Assembly (NCBI GenBank): GCA_036758585.1 | Contig: DAIOWH010000001.1 | Location: 98,462-162,461 of the forward strand | DNA: 64,000 nucleotides | Direction: 5' to 3' | From: Planctomycetia bacterium | GTDB lineage: Bacteria; Planctomycetota; Planctomycetia; JALXBF01; JBGPMX01 | Shown: one piece after another, positions 54,598 to 63,242 of the stretch | Numbering within the stretch: position 1 is the first letter of the stretch | How the letters are laid out: the number at the start of each line of letters is the position of its first letter | Notes under the pieces: generated by a model | Told to the model about the DNA's origin: nothing | Databases searched by the model: none | What the model saw: only the letters and a program-made list of their open reading frames with translations | Translations under genes and position numbers: made by a program

Positions 54598-55725
54598 TTA
54601 AGGTGTAACAGGCGTCGGATGGAATACCCGAACCGTGCAGTCTGTGGGCGCCGCTCGCACCGCCGCCTCGTCGTCCCGCGGAAAGTAGTCGTCGACGACG
54701 TCGAGAAACTGCTGGCGCGTCGAGACCTTGGTGACCCGTGCACGGAAGGTCGTCGCGCCGCGCTTGCCGCTGGCATAGTGGCAGGCGTACTTTTTCATCA
54801 ACAGCGTACCGCTGCGTTCGTCGAATCTTTGGCAAATCAGATCGTAGTGGTGCAGCATCAGTTGCCGCTGCTGGTCGAACGTCGGATCGGGCGGCACCGG
54901 CTCACCGCGCAGGGCGGCCTCGATCTGGCGAAACAGCCAGGGCCGGCCGATCGCCGCGCGCGCGATCATCACGCCGTCGACGCCGTAGCGGCGAAACGCG
55001 GCGATCACCTTGGCGGGCGAATCGAGATCGCCGTTGCCGATGAGCGGCATCCGTTTGAGGTGCGGCTTGATCGCGGCGATGCGGTCCCAGTCGGCATGCC
55101 CGCCGAAATAGTCCTGGGCCGTGCGGCCGTGTACGGTGAGTGCGGCTGCGCCGGCCGACTCCACCACCTGCGCCACGTCGATCGCATTCATCTGGTCGCG
55201 GGTGCAACCGAGCCTGATCTTGGCGGTGACCGGCGTCGGCCGGCACGCGGCGACGACACGCTCGATGATCCGCCCCATCCGGTCGGGAAACCTCAGCAGG
55301 TACGATCCGCTGTGCGCCCGTTCGGTCAACTTCTTCACCGGGCAACCAAAGTTGATGTCGACGACGCTCACGCGATACTCATGGGCCAGGCGCTCGCCCA
55401 CCTTGGCCAGCGTGTCGGGGTCGTTGTCCCACATCTGCACGGCGATCGGCCGCGGCTCGTCTTTCACGCCCCACAATCGCTCGGGGTGTTCGCAATCGTG
55501 TTCGTCCAGCCAGACGAACGCGCGTGCGTTCACCATCTCGGTCGCCTGCAGCCCCACGCCGCCGAACTGCCGCACGATCTGCCGAAACGCATAGCTGGTG
55601 TAGCCCGCCATCGGCGCGGCGAGCACCGGCGGGTCGATGCGCAGCGGGCCGATGAACAACGTCGCCAAGGCCAGCGGCGCGATCGGCGAGTTAGGTGGCG
55701 GCGGCGTGGTCAACTGGTCGTGCAT
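54598..55725 (-). CDS. tRNA-dihydrouridine synthase (Dus family)
   Basis: LAAPMAGYTSYAFRQI, VDINFGCPVKK, LTVHGRT, LIGNGDL motifs of the Dus TIM barrel. The probable start is ATG at 55725 (MHDQLTTPPPP...), giving 376 aa. The 477-aa track ORF is an upstream in-frame extension. Confidence 0.8.
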   Translation of the reverse strand: MHDQLTTPPPPNSPIAPLALATLFIGPLRIDPPVLAAPMAGYTSYAFRQIVRQFGGVGLQATEMVNARAFVWLDEHDCEHPERLWGVKDEPRPIAVQMWDNDPDTLAKVGERLAHEYRVSVVDINFGCPVKKLTERAHSGSYLLRFPDRMGRIIERVVAACRPTPVTAKIRLGCTRDQMNAIDVAQVVESAGAAALTVHGRTAQDYFGGHADWDRIAAIKPHLKRMPLIGNGDLDSPAKVIAAFRRYGVDGVMIARAAIGRPWLFRQIEAALRGEPVPPDPTFDQQRQLMLHHYDLICQRFDERSGTLLMKKYACHYASGKRGATTFRARVTKVSTRQQFLDVVDDYFPRDDEAAVRAAPTDCTVRVFHPTPVTP

Positions 55726-55824
55726 GCACGCATCTTGCGAGAAGTCGGCGCGTGCGCCAAGTGCGGGAACTTGTTTTGGCGGCCACTTGCGGCAACAATT
55801 CGTGCAACTCTTAGAGAGGAACCA

Positions 55825-56088
55825 ATGGCCAGTGAACTGCTCTGGAAACGTGCGGTCCGCCGGGCGTTCGACTCGTTGCGGGGAGAACGGTTCGACGGCG
55901 ACTTCCGGCTTGCCTGCGAACTTTCGGCGATGTCCATTGACATGCTGCGTCGGTATCTGGCGGGATCGGATAATCCATCCGACGAGGAACTGGACCGACG
56001 GGTCTCCCGATTTCGCATTGAGATGGAGCAAGTCGAGCGACGCATGGCCACGTCATGGCGAACGGTGCGAGTCACGGTGAAGGAATGA
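55825..56088 (+). CDS. Small hypothetical protein (87 aa), first gene of a translationally coupled pair
   Basis: ATG at 55825 is preceded by AGAGAGGA (SD-like) 6 nt upstream. Its stop overlaps the next gene's start in an ATGA arrangement. No recognisable family. Confidence 0.4.
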   Translation: MASELLWKRAVRRAFDSLRGERFDGDFRLACELSAMSIDMLRRYLAGSDNPSDEELDRRVSRFRIEMEQVERRMATSWRTVRVTVKE

Positions 56089-56645
56089 CCAGCGCAACTG
56101 TTCGGGCAACCCTGGAAGCCGCCATTGGCTTGCTGGAGCGACTGAACCTTCCTTACGCGCTGATGGGAGCGATGTCGCTCGGGTTCTATGGCCGATTGCG
56201 AGCGACCGACGACGTCGACCTATTGGTTGCAGGGGACAGCCAGACCCTCGATCGCCTTCGTGATGAAGCGCAACGTGAAGGTTTTTCGATCGACGAACAG
56301 TGGTCGCTGTACAATCCGGGGTTGCGCGACACGCACGTCCGATTGGTCCGCTCGGGCGTCCCTGTCGATATGATGCTGCCGCGCGACGATCAGGACCGGT
56401 CCGCCGCCGACCGCCGTCGTCAGCACGTGATAGAGACCGGTACCATCTGGGTCGTCGCGCCCGAGGACTTGATCCTTCAGAAACTCAAGGCAGGTCGCCC
56501 CCGCGATTTCGACGACGCAATCCCGATCTTCGCGCGGAACCGAGCGCAGCTCGACCACGACTATCTCAATGAATGGGCGCGGCGGCTTGGTGTGCGCGAG
56601 GAATTGGATTACCTCTGGAGTCAAAGCGGCCGAGCCGAACCATGA
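56085..56645 (+). CDS. Minimal nucleotidyltransferase-fold (Pol-beta superfamily) protein, about 186 aa
   Basis: GAMSLGFYGRLRATDDVDLLV matches the hG[GS]x9-13Dh[DE] NTase signature. A second acidic cluster (VVAPEDLILQKLKAGRPRDFDD) follows. The start is taken as the ATG in the ATGA overlap at 56085; the track's 56055 ATG is an alternative. Confidence 0.5.
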   Translation: MTSATVRATLEAAIGLLERLNLPYALMGAMSLGFYGRLRATDDVDLLVAGDSQTLDRLRDEAQREGFSIDEQWSLYNPGLRDTHVRLVRSGVPVDMMLPRDDQDRSAADRRRQHVIETGTIWVVAPEDLILQKLKAGRPRDFDDAIPIFARNRAQLDHDYLNEWARRLGVREELDYLWSQSGRAEP

Positions 56646-56661
56646 GATTGCCGGCAGGGAA

Positions 56662-57777
56662 TCACTGCAGAGTGAACTCCGGCAGGCGCACGATTTCGCC
56701 GCCCTTCAGAGCCGACTGGTGGGCGCAGATGCCCACGCACGTCCAGTTTGCCGACTGCACGGCGTTCGGCCATGGGTCGCGGTTGCCGACCAGGGCGCTG
56801 ACGAACTCGTTCACCAAGTGCGGGTGCGATCCGCCGTGACCGCCGCCCTGAATGAACGACAGGTGGTCGGCGTCTTGAATGGTCCGCGTGAACTGCCGAA
56901 TCGGCTCGGGCAGCAGGTGTGCGTAGTCGGGCGACTGGACCTTCGACGGAATCTCCGGCTCCGGCTTCTTGGCTGTGTGAATGATGTGCGGCTCATGCTC
57001 GACCAGCGTCCACTCGAAACTCTTCTTGGTGCCGTACACGTCGAAGCTCTCGCGGTACTGACGGGCCGTATCGTACAGGAACCGCCAGATGTGACAGGCG
57101 ATGTCCGAGTCCTTGATCTTGATGTGGCAACTCTCGACAGCGAACTTGTTGCCCGACTTTTTCTGGATGTCCTCGCGCACCGTGCCCGACCCGAAACAAC
57201 TGACGTATTCGGCCCGGCCGTTCACCAGGCCCAGGCACGGACTGACGACATGCGTCGCGTAGTGCATCGGGATCATCCGCTCCCAGTACGCCGGCCAGCC
57301 GTCCATGTCTTGCGGGTGCGATGCGGCCATGTGCTGAATCTTGCCCAGCTCGCCCTTGGTGTACATTTCTTTGACGAACAGGAACTCGCGGCTGTACACG
57401 ACGGTCTCGGCCATCATGTACTTGAGGCCGGTCTTTTTGACGAGGTCGCAAATCTCTTTGCACTCTTCGACGGTCGTGGCCATCGGCACGGTACACATCA
57501 CGTGCTTGCCGGCTTTGAGCGCCGCGGCGGACATCGGTGCGTGGTCGGGGATCGGCGAGTTGATGTGTACGAAGTCGACGCTGGGATCCTTCAGCACGTC
57601 GTCGTAGTTGGTGTAGCGTTTTTCAATGCCGAAGTGATCGCCGACCTTGTTCATCTTGTCGGCCGATCGCTGGCAGATCGCGTACATGTTCGCGTTGGGG
57701 TGTTTCTGATAGATGGGGATAAACTCGGCCCCGAACCCAAGCCCGACGATTGCGACGTTGACTTTCTTGTTGCTCAT
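56662..57777 (-). CDS. Gfo/Idh/MocA-family NAD(P)-dependent oxidoreductase
   Basis: N-terminal Rossmann VNVAIVGLGFGAEFIP and family-typical EKP-like region. 371 aa. Spot counts of 60-nt windows give about 52-56% GC versus about 67% in the giant genes. Confidence 0.85.
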   Translation of the reverse strand: MSNKKVNVAIVGLGFGAEFIPIYQKHPNANMYAICQRSADKMNKVGDHFGIEKRYTNYDDVLKDPSVDFVHINSPIPDHAPMSAAALKAGKHVMCTVPMATTVEECKEICDLVKKTGLKYMMAETVVYSREFLFVKEMYTKGELGKIQHMAASHPQDMDGWPAYWERMIPMHYATHVVSPCLGLVNGRAEYVSCFGSGTVREDIQKKSGNKFAVESCHIKIKDSDIACHIWRFLYDTARQYRESFDVYGTKKSFEWTLVEHEPHIIHTAKKPEPEIPSKVQSPDYAHLLPEPIRQFTRTIQDADHLSFIQGGGHGGSHPHLVNEFVSALVGNRDPWPNAVQSANWTCVGICAHQSALKGGEIVRLPEFTLQ

Positions 57778-57891
57778 GTTTGCGAATCTCCAAGTGATCT
57801 GGTGAGCCAGCCCATCGGCGGCCCGACAGTATACAAGCGAGCGACCGGCTCAGCGAGTGTGCAGGGCGCAAAGGGTGTATTTCCGTAGCTG

Positions 57892-57998
57892 CGCTTCGCT
57901 CGTTTAACCCGCAGCCGCAGGCGAGGTCGTGTTTGATCCGTGCAATTCGCACGATGCCGACCTCGCCTGCGGCTGTGGGTTAAGCGAGCGCCGAATGC
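57892..57998. repeat. Palindromic intergenic repeat element, copy 3 (same 24-bp core stem, different loop and extended outer stem GCTTCGCTCG/CGAGCGCCGAA)
   Basis: Core arms 57903-57926 and 57961-57984 (one mismatch: ggctgTgggttaa). The loop contains its own small hairpin cgtgc-aattc-gcacg. Located in the divergent intergenic region between the oxidoreductase and the fragmented surface-protein gene. Confidence 0.75.
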
Positions 57999-58016
57999 AA
58001 TTACGGGTATACACCC

Positions 58017-60287
58017 GTGCAAACGACAAACGACGATGGACAGCACCAGCGGCTGGGTGATGGTTCGAGCGGGTGCGGCAACAACGGCGCGCCGACGACT
58101 ACTACAGATTCCGCCTTCGATGAGACCGGCGCGTATTGGTTCATGGTCGACCCTGGCACGTACGTGGTCCGTGAGATCGTTCCCAACGGCTTGGTCCAGA
58201 CTTTCCCATCGGCTGACGACTACGGCGGTTCCGTTTCGGTCGACGAATACGGTGGCGGGGTGGGGCATGTGGTGGACGTGCCCGACGGCACGGCAGTGTA
58301 CGACGTGGACTTCGGCAACGCGCCTGCCGCAGAGTTCACCGACCTTTATCCTGACGTCTACCACGTCGTCGAAGTCCTGCCCGATGGATTCGCCCAGACG
58401 GCCCCGGACGAGTACGGCGGATTCGGAGACTACGGCGGCGGAGTCACTAACTTCTGCGATGAGTACGGCGGCTTTGGTGAGTACGGCGGCTTCGGTGATA
58501 TCGGCGACTACGGCGGCGCCATCGGTTGCCTGGGTTACAGCGTCCATCTGGCGGCGGGCGACGTCGTCGAAGACCTCGACTTTGGCAACATCGAGTTGCT
58601 GGGCGAAATTCACGGCGTCAAGTTCAACGACCTCAACGGAAACGGGATTCAGGACAAGGTGCTCGTACGCGGCGATGAACCGACCGTGGTGTTCGTCGTG
58701 GACGTGTCCGGCAGCACCGATAGCGCCTTCGTCGGCACACCCGTCGGCGACGTTAACGGCAATGGGACGCCTGATACCATTCTGGACGCGGAACTTGCCG
58801 GCTTCATCGCGCTCAATCAGGAACTCGTCGATCGCGGATTCGGTACAACCAGCCGCGTCGCGATTACGGTGTTTGGAGATTACGGCGGTGCCGTCGACAT
58901 GGACCCGACCACGCCGGAATTGGACCTGTCGCTGCCGGCCGGCCAGGACGCTGATTCGGATGGCGTGCTGGATGTCGAAGAGGTTCTGCGTTCGATCGTT
59001 TCCGGCGCGTTCGGCGTTGGCGCCTTGACCAACTATGAAGCAGCCCTTGGTGTGACATTGGATACATTGACCACGCTGTACCTGTCCAGGAACCGGGCAT
59101 TCCTGGCGTTCAGGTCTACCTCGACCTGAACAACAACGGCTCGCACGACGCAGGCGACGAGTTGAACCCGGGCGAGCCGTTGACCGTGACGATGTTCGAT
59201 GATCCGCTCACAGCCGCGGATGAGACCGGTATGTACTGGTTCGATGGGTTGCCGGCGGGCAACTATGTGGTTCGCGAGCTGACGCCCGACGGCTTTGTGC
59301 AGACCTTCCCGACTACCACCGACGACTTCGCCCATGCCGTTGAATTGGCTGCGGGCAGCACGGTGGAAGGCCAGGATTTCGGCAACCAGGCGATCGGCGG
59401 ATCGATACATGGCACCAAGTTCGAAGACATCGACGCCGATGGCGTGCGCGACCCTGGCCCGGCTGTCGTGATCGCCGTGGACCGCTCCGGTCGTCGCCTG
59501 TCTACCGCCGAGCGGTTCACTGTTCCCGTTCGGTGTCACGACGGTGAACTGCACGGCTACAGACTCTCATGGCAATAGTGCGGCTGGTTCATTCCATGTC
59601 ACTGTGCGGGATATCCAACGGCCGACGGTCACGGGACTGGAGTTTATCCCGAGCGCCAAGGGAGGCATTCAGGCAATCGTGGTCGCCTTCAGTGAAGCGG
59701 TAGACGCCGCCACAGCGGGAGTTCCGGGCCACTATCAGGTTGTGGGCGACGTGGCCAAGAACAAGCAGGCCGCTGTCGACAATGTGGCTCTTGATGATGA
59801 TACGCATGTTCGGGTGACGTTGGCCAAGACGGGAATCGGCGCCAACAAGCGGGCCTCGCTCACCGTCTCAGATTCAATCACCGATCGTGCGGGCAATAAG
59901 CTCGACGGCGACGCAGACGGCGTACAGGATGCCGTGGACAGCTTCTTCGACGTGTTTGCACGCGGCAAGGAGATATCGTTCGTCGACTCGACCGCAGACA
60001 AGTCGTCGGTGTCATTGAAGTCAGCGCCGCCGGCTGGCGCCATTGAGGCATTCTTCGAGCAGAACGGCGACCTTCGGCTGATTCGTCTAGTCGGGACGAC
60101 CGAGGCCACGCAACTGCTCGGCAAGACCGCGGGCACGACGCCTCGCCCACCGATCACGGGCACTCCATTCACGGACCTCCTGCCCGACACCTTTGTGCCA
60201 CCCGGCACGTTGGCGTCTGCCGTGGATGAAGTGTTGGCGACCAAGCCAAAGAAGCCCGGTCGAAACGGACGCCTGGGAGGTAGGTAA
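58017..60287 (+). pseudogene. Fragmented cell-surface protein gene (prealbumin-like SdrD-B/Cna-B-type repeats, VWA-like MIDAS segment, HYR domain) split into three ORFs by at least two frameshifts and lacking a signal peptide
   Basis: ORFs 58017-59129, 59162-59578 and 59544-60287. Repeated YWFMVDPGTYVVREIVPNGLVQTFP / YWFDGLPAGNYVVRELTPDGFVQTFP and HGVKFNDLNGNGIQD / HGTKFEDIDADGVRD. VVFVVDVSGSTDS (VWA MIDAS-like). The SdrD-B start GIPGVQVYLDLNNNG is readable only in the frame of ORF2 upstream of ORF1's stop (shift about 59050-59100). The HYR segment [42 protein letters not shown] begins upstream of ORF3's GTG in its frame (shift about 59470). Confidence 0.55.
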
Positions 60288-60386
60288 CCCGCTAGCTGCT
60301 TGACACTCGGTAACCCGCTAAACGACCAACCACGGATTCGCCCGTGGTTGGTTCGTTTTTTGGCAGTGTCGCACGCTTTGGCCGCA

Positions 60387-61594
60387 TCACCCGGCGCCCA
60401 AGACCGCGAGACAGTGCTGCACGATGGCAGACAATGGGCTGGCCAGACCGCGACCGTGAAGCGTCTTGGCCCAGTAGACCGCCTGTTTCGCAAAGCGGGG
60501 ATCAGCGACGACCTGGTGCACCGCTTGGCTGATGGCTTGCACGGTGACGCGGCCGGACAGCGAGATCCCGACCCCCATGCGCTGCAACGCCTGCGCATTC
60601 AGTTGCTGTTCCAAATAGCGCGGCAACAGCAACTGCGGCCGACCGGTTGTCAGTGCGTCCTGGCAAGTCAGAAGACCGCCGTGGTGCAAGACGGCCGAGA
60701 CTCGCGGCAGCACCTCGTGCAGCGGGGCCGGCGTGGCATGTACCTCAAGGCCCATCGCCCGCAGATTCTTTTGAAGTTGCTGTGATGCGCCGCGGACATA
60801 CACCGATCCGGCAACTTGCAACTTGGGCAAGAGAGAGAGTATCTGCTCGGCTGGCCGATGCTCGCCGGCCAAGTATGCGAACAACGACGGGCGAGTCGGT
60901 AGCGTCTCAGCGGCTGGCATCCAAGTGATTGGTCCGACCGCCGAATCGCGCCGGACGGCGTTGTATGGATCGAGCTCTGGAAAAGTACAAGCAAAGCCTC
61001 GGGCGTCAGCCAAAAGACCCGGCAAGGTGTTTGGCGCCGGCCGGTTGCGCCGCCGCTGGACCTCGCGCACCACAGATAGAATCTGTTCCTGCGGCGACTG
61101 GGCGCGAACGTTACGAAGCAACGCCGGGAACTCCGGCCCGTCAGTGGCCGGTACGGTGAAACCGGACCCAATCATTACCACGGGTACCGTTCGATAGGCG
61201 GCAAGACACAGCGTTGGGCTGTGGTCGCACACGATCAATGCCGGGCGAACCACATCGATCACGCCCTGCCAGCCGCACACGATAGGGGTCAGGTCGTCGG
61301 GGTCGGTGAATCCGCGAATCGCGAGATGTCAGCGTAGCTCGCCGCGCGAAACTGCCGGTCGGCCGGCGTCGGTCGCGCGGGCCACGTTGGAGATTGCAAG
61401 ACGGGAAACTGGGTGTCGCCGAGCAGTGGCGCCGCTTCAAGCAGGTTCTTCACGGCAAATACCGGCCGGTGACCGTGCGCCGCAAGCTCATTCGCGACGC
61501 GCAGCAGCGGCTGCACGTGACCGAGGCCCGCCCCTAGTTCCCACCCCATCAGCACGTTTGCCACGCGATCTTCCCCTTGCCACTCGGTTTGCAC
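60387..61594 (-). pseudogene. GT-B fold glycosyltransferase (GT1/MGT, UDP-glycosyltransferase-like) interrupted by a frameshift
   Basis: The N-terminal ORF (61289-61594) has VLMGWELGAGLGHVQPLLRVANELAAHGHRPVF (Gly-rich acceptor-domain start). The C-terminal ORF (60387-61280) has the HHGGLLT donor-binding motif. The C-terminal frame reads FTDPDDLTPIVCGW upstream of its Met, contiguous with the N-terminal part. Junction at about 61310-61321, not at a homopolymer. Confidence 0.6.
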
Positions 61595-61693
61595 GCGGCC
61601 ATATTTGCCGTGTAGCGAGTCGAATTGTTGTGGCCAAACCTCGCCGGGTCAACAGTGGTTGATGACATACCGGTCGGCTCGGGGCGTACGGCA

Positions 61694-62584
61694 ATGCGAG
61701 ACCTCAAGAACGTAGAGGCACTCTCCTTGGAAGAGCGGTGCCGTCGCGAGATACCACCTCTTGGCGCCACCGACGCCGAGGTGCATGCCCTAAATAGTGT
61801 GTCGCTGCGAGAGTCGGAAGCCCTTCGCGAGAACCTTCATTCCCTCAAGACCTATTGCACCTTCATTGGCTACCCGCGCAGCGGCCACAGCATCCTCGGC
61901 AGCCTTCTCGACGCCCATCCGAACGCCGTCCTTGCTCACGAACTCGACACCGTACGCTTTGTTGAAGCCGGGTTTTCCGCCATGCAGTTGTACTACCTGC
62001 TTCTGGAAAACTCGCGGCAGTTCACCAACGCCGGACGCACGTGGGGCAAGTATTGCTATGCGGTTCGAGATCAGTGGCAAGGCCGCTACAGCGAACTAAA
62101 CGTCATCGGCGACAACAAAGGTGGTCGCACCACCGTTCGGATCGGCCGCAACTGGGAACTCATCGAGCGGCTTTGCCGAACGATTCCACTTCAGCACCGT
62201 TTCATATGATACACGTGATTCGCAACCCCTTTCGACAACATTGCAACGATTGCCTTGCGGCAGACGCACGACCTTCGCAGGGCCATCGAGCAGTACTTTT
62301 TCATGTGCGACACGAACCGAAAGATCCGTGAACAACTGGGCGATCAAGTGTTCGACCTGTACCACGAGGACTTCGTTGGAGACCCAAGATACTGGCTGGG
62401 CAGGTTGTGCGATTTCGTCGGCGTTTCGGCGACGCTACCGTATCTCGACGCCTGCGCCGACATCGTCTACCGATTGCCACATCGCAGCCGGCTGGAGGTA
62501 CAGTGGCCGCCAGGCGCGCTCGATCTGGTCGCGGCGGAGAAAGACAAGTACGCTTTTCTACGACGATACAGGCCGGACGATTGA
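61694..62584 (+). pseudogene. Sulfotransferase (Sulfotransfer_3-like, 5'-PSB motif YPRSGHS) carrying two closely spaced compensating frameshifts
   Basis: ORFs 61625-62209 and 62255-62584 are in the same frame but separated by two stops. The intervening 62213-62245 reads HMIHVIRNPF (the sulfotransferase RNP.D 3'-PB region) only in another frame. The shifts coincide with T3 and C4 homopolymers. The probable start is ATG 61694 (MRDLKN...). Confidence 0.5.
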
Positions 62585-62585
62585 A

Positions 62586-63197
62586 CTATCGCAGCAACGG
62601 AGAATTGAAGCTGTCCACTTTGGGGAATAGAATGTCAGGCGGTTCGCGGCCAAGAAATGGGCATAGGACCTCCCAGCCCTCGCCGGCACAGATGTTCATG
62701 ACGAGCAGATCGCCCGGGCGGTCTTGAAAGTAACGTCGCACGTTCTCGATATGTGTGTCGTAAACATACGAGAATCGCTCGCGCTGGAACGCATGACACC
62801 CATACACGCAGCAGTCGATGAACTCACCGAACTTTCGCCAGAAGGGCGCCTGTGGAGGTTCGGCGCCACGAAAGTCGAACTGAGTCCAGTGCTTTTCAGC
62901 CGACCGAAGCCACGATTCTTTCTCGCGCACCGTCAGAATGAACTTGCTGCCGGGATAGATCGCGTCGAACTGAGGGTAGTACGGCACGACAGGAGTGTCC
63001 GTCAACGCATCATAATGCCGTAGTATCGTCAGGCTGAACTGTCCGCTTATCAGTTCGGAATACGTCGTCGGGTCTGCCGGAAACCACTTGGTGCGAATCC
63101 CCAAGAGATTCAAGGCGGCCGCCAGAGTTCGCGTCGCGGTCCGACTTAGACCGATCCCAAATATCTTGGCCTTGTGCATGAGTACTGGCGACCCCAC
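62586..63197 (-). CDS. Sulfotransferase-family protein (Sulfotransfer_4-like)
   Basis: 203 aa. N-terminal KIFGIGLSRTATRTLAAALNLLGI matches the kVIgaG.pRTGT.SLkaAL P-loop-like PAPS-binding start of that family. Lower GC than the core genes. Confidence 0.5.
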   Translation of the reverse strand: MGSPVLMHKAKIFGIGLSRTATRTLAAALNLLGIRTKWFPADPTTYSELISGQFSLTILRHYDALTDTPVVPYYPQFDAIYPGSKFILTVREKESWLRSAEKHWTQFDFRGAEPPQAPFWRKFGEFIDCCVYGCHAFQRERFSYVYDTHIENVRRYFQDRPGDLLVMNICAGEGWEVLCPFLGREPPDILFPKVDSFNSPLLR

Positions 63198-63242
63198 CGA
63201 AAAACCGTGTTTGGTGGGATAGGCCCACCGCCGCGCGAAGAG

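Noticed and set aside
54295-56088. 597-aa plus-strand ORF spanning the Dus gene
   Set aside because: Mostly antisense to the Dus gene, with a Arg-rich translation. Only its last 87 codons (55825-56088, with its own SD and ATG) are retained as a plausible small gene.
56569-57888. 439-aa plus-strand ORF overlapping the Gfo/Idh/MocA gene
   Set aside because: The minus-strand frame carries the clear Rossmann GxGxxG/A start and family motifs. The plus frame is featureless.
57940-59028. 362-aa plus-strand ORF starting upstream of the surface-protein fragment
   Set aside because: In a different frame from the domain-bearing ORF (58017-59129), Ser/Thr/Arg-rich with no motifs, and it starts inside palindromic element copy 3.
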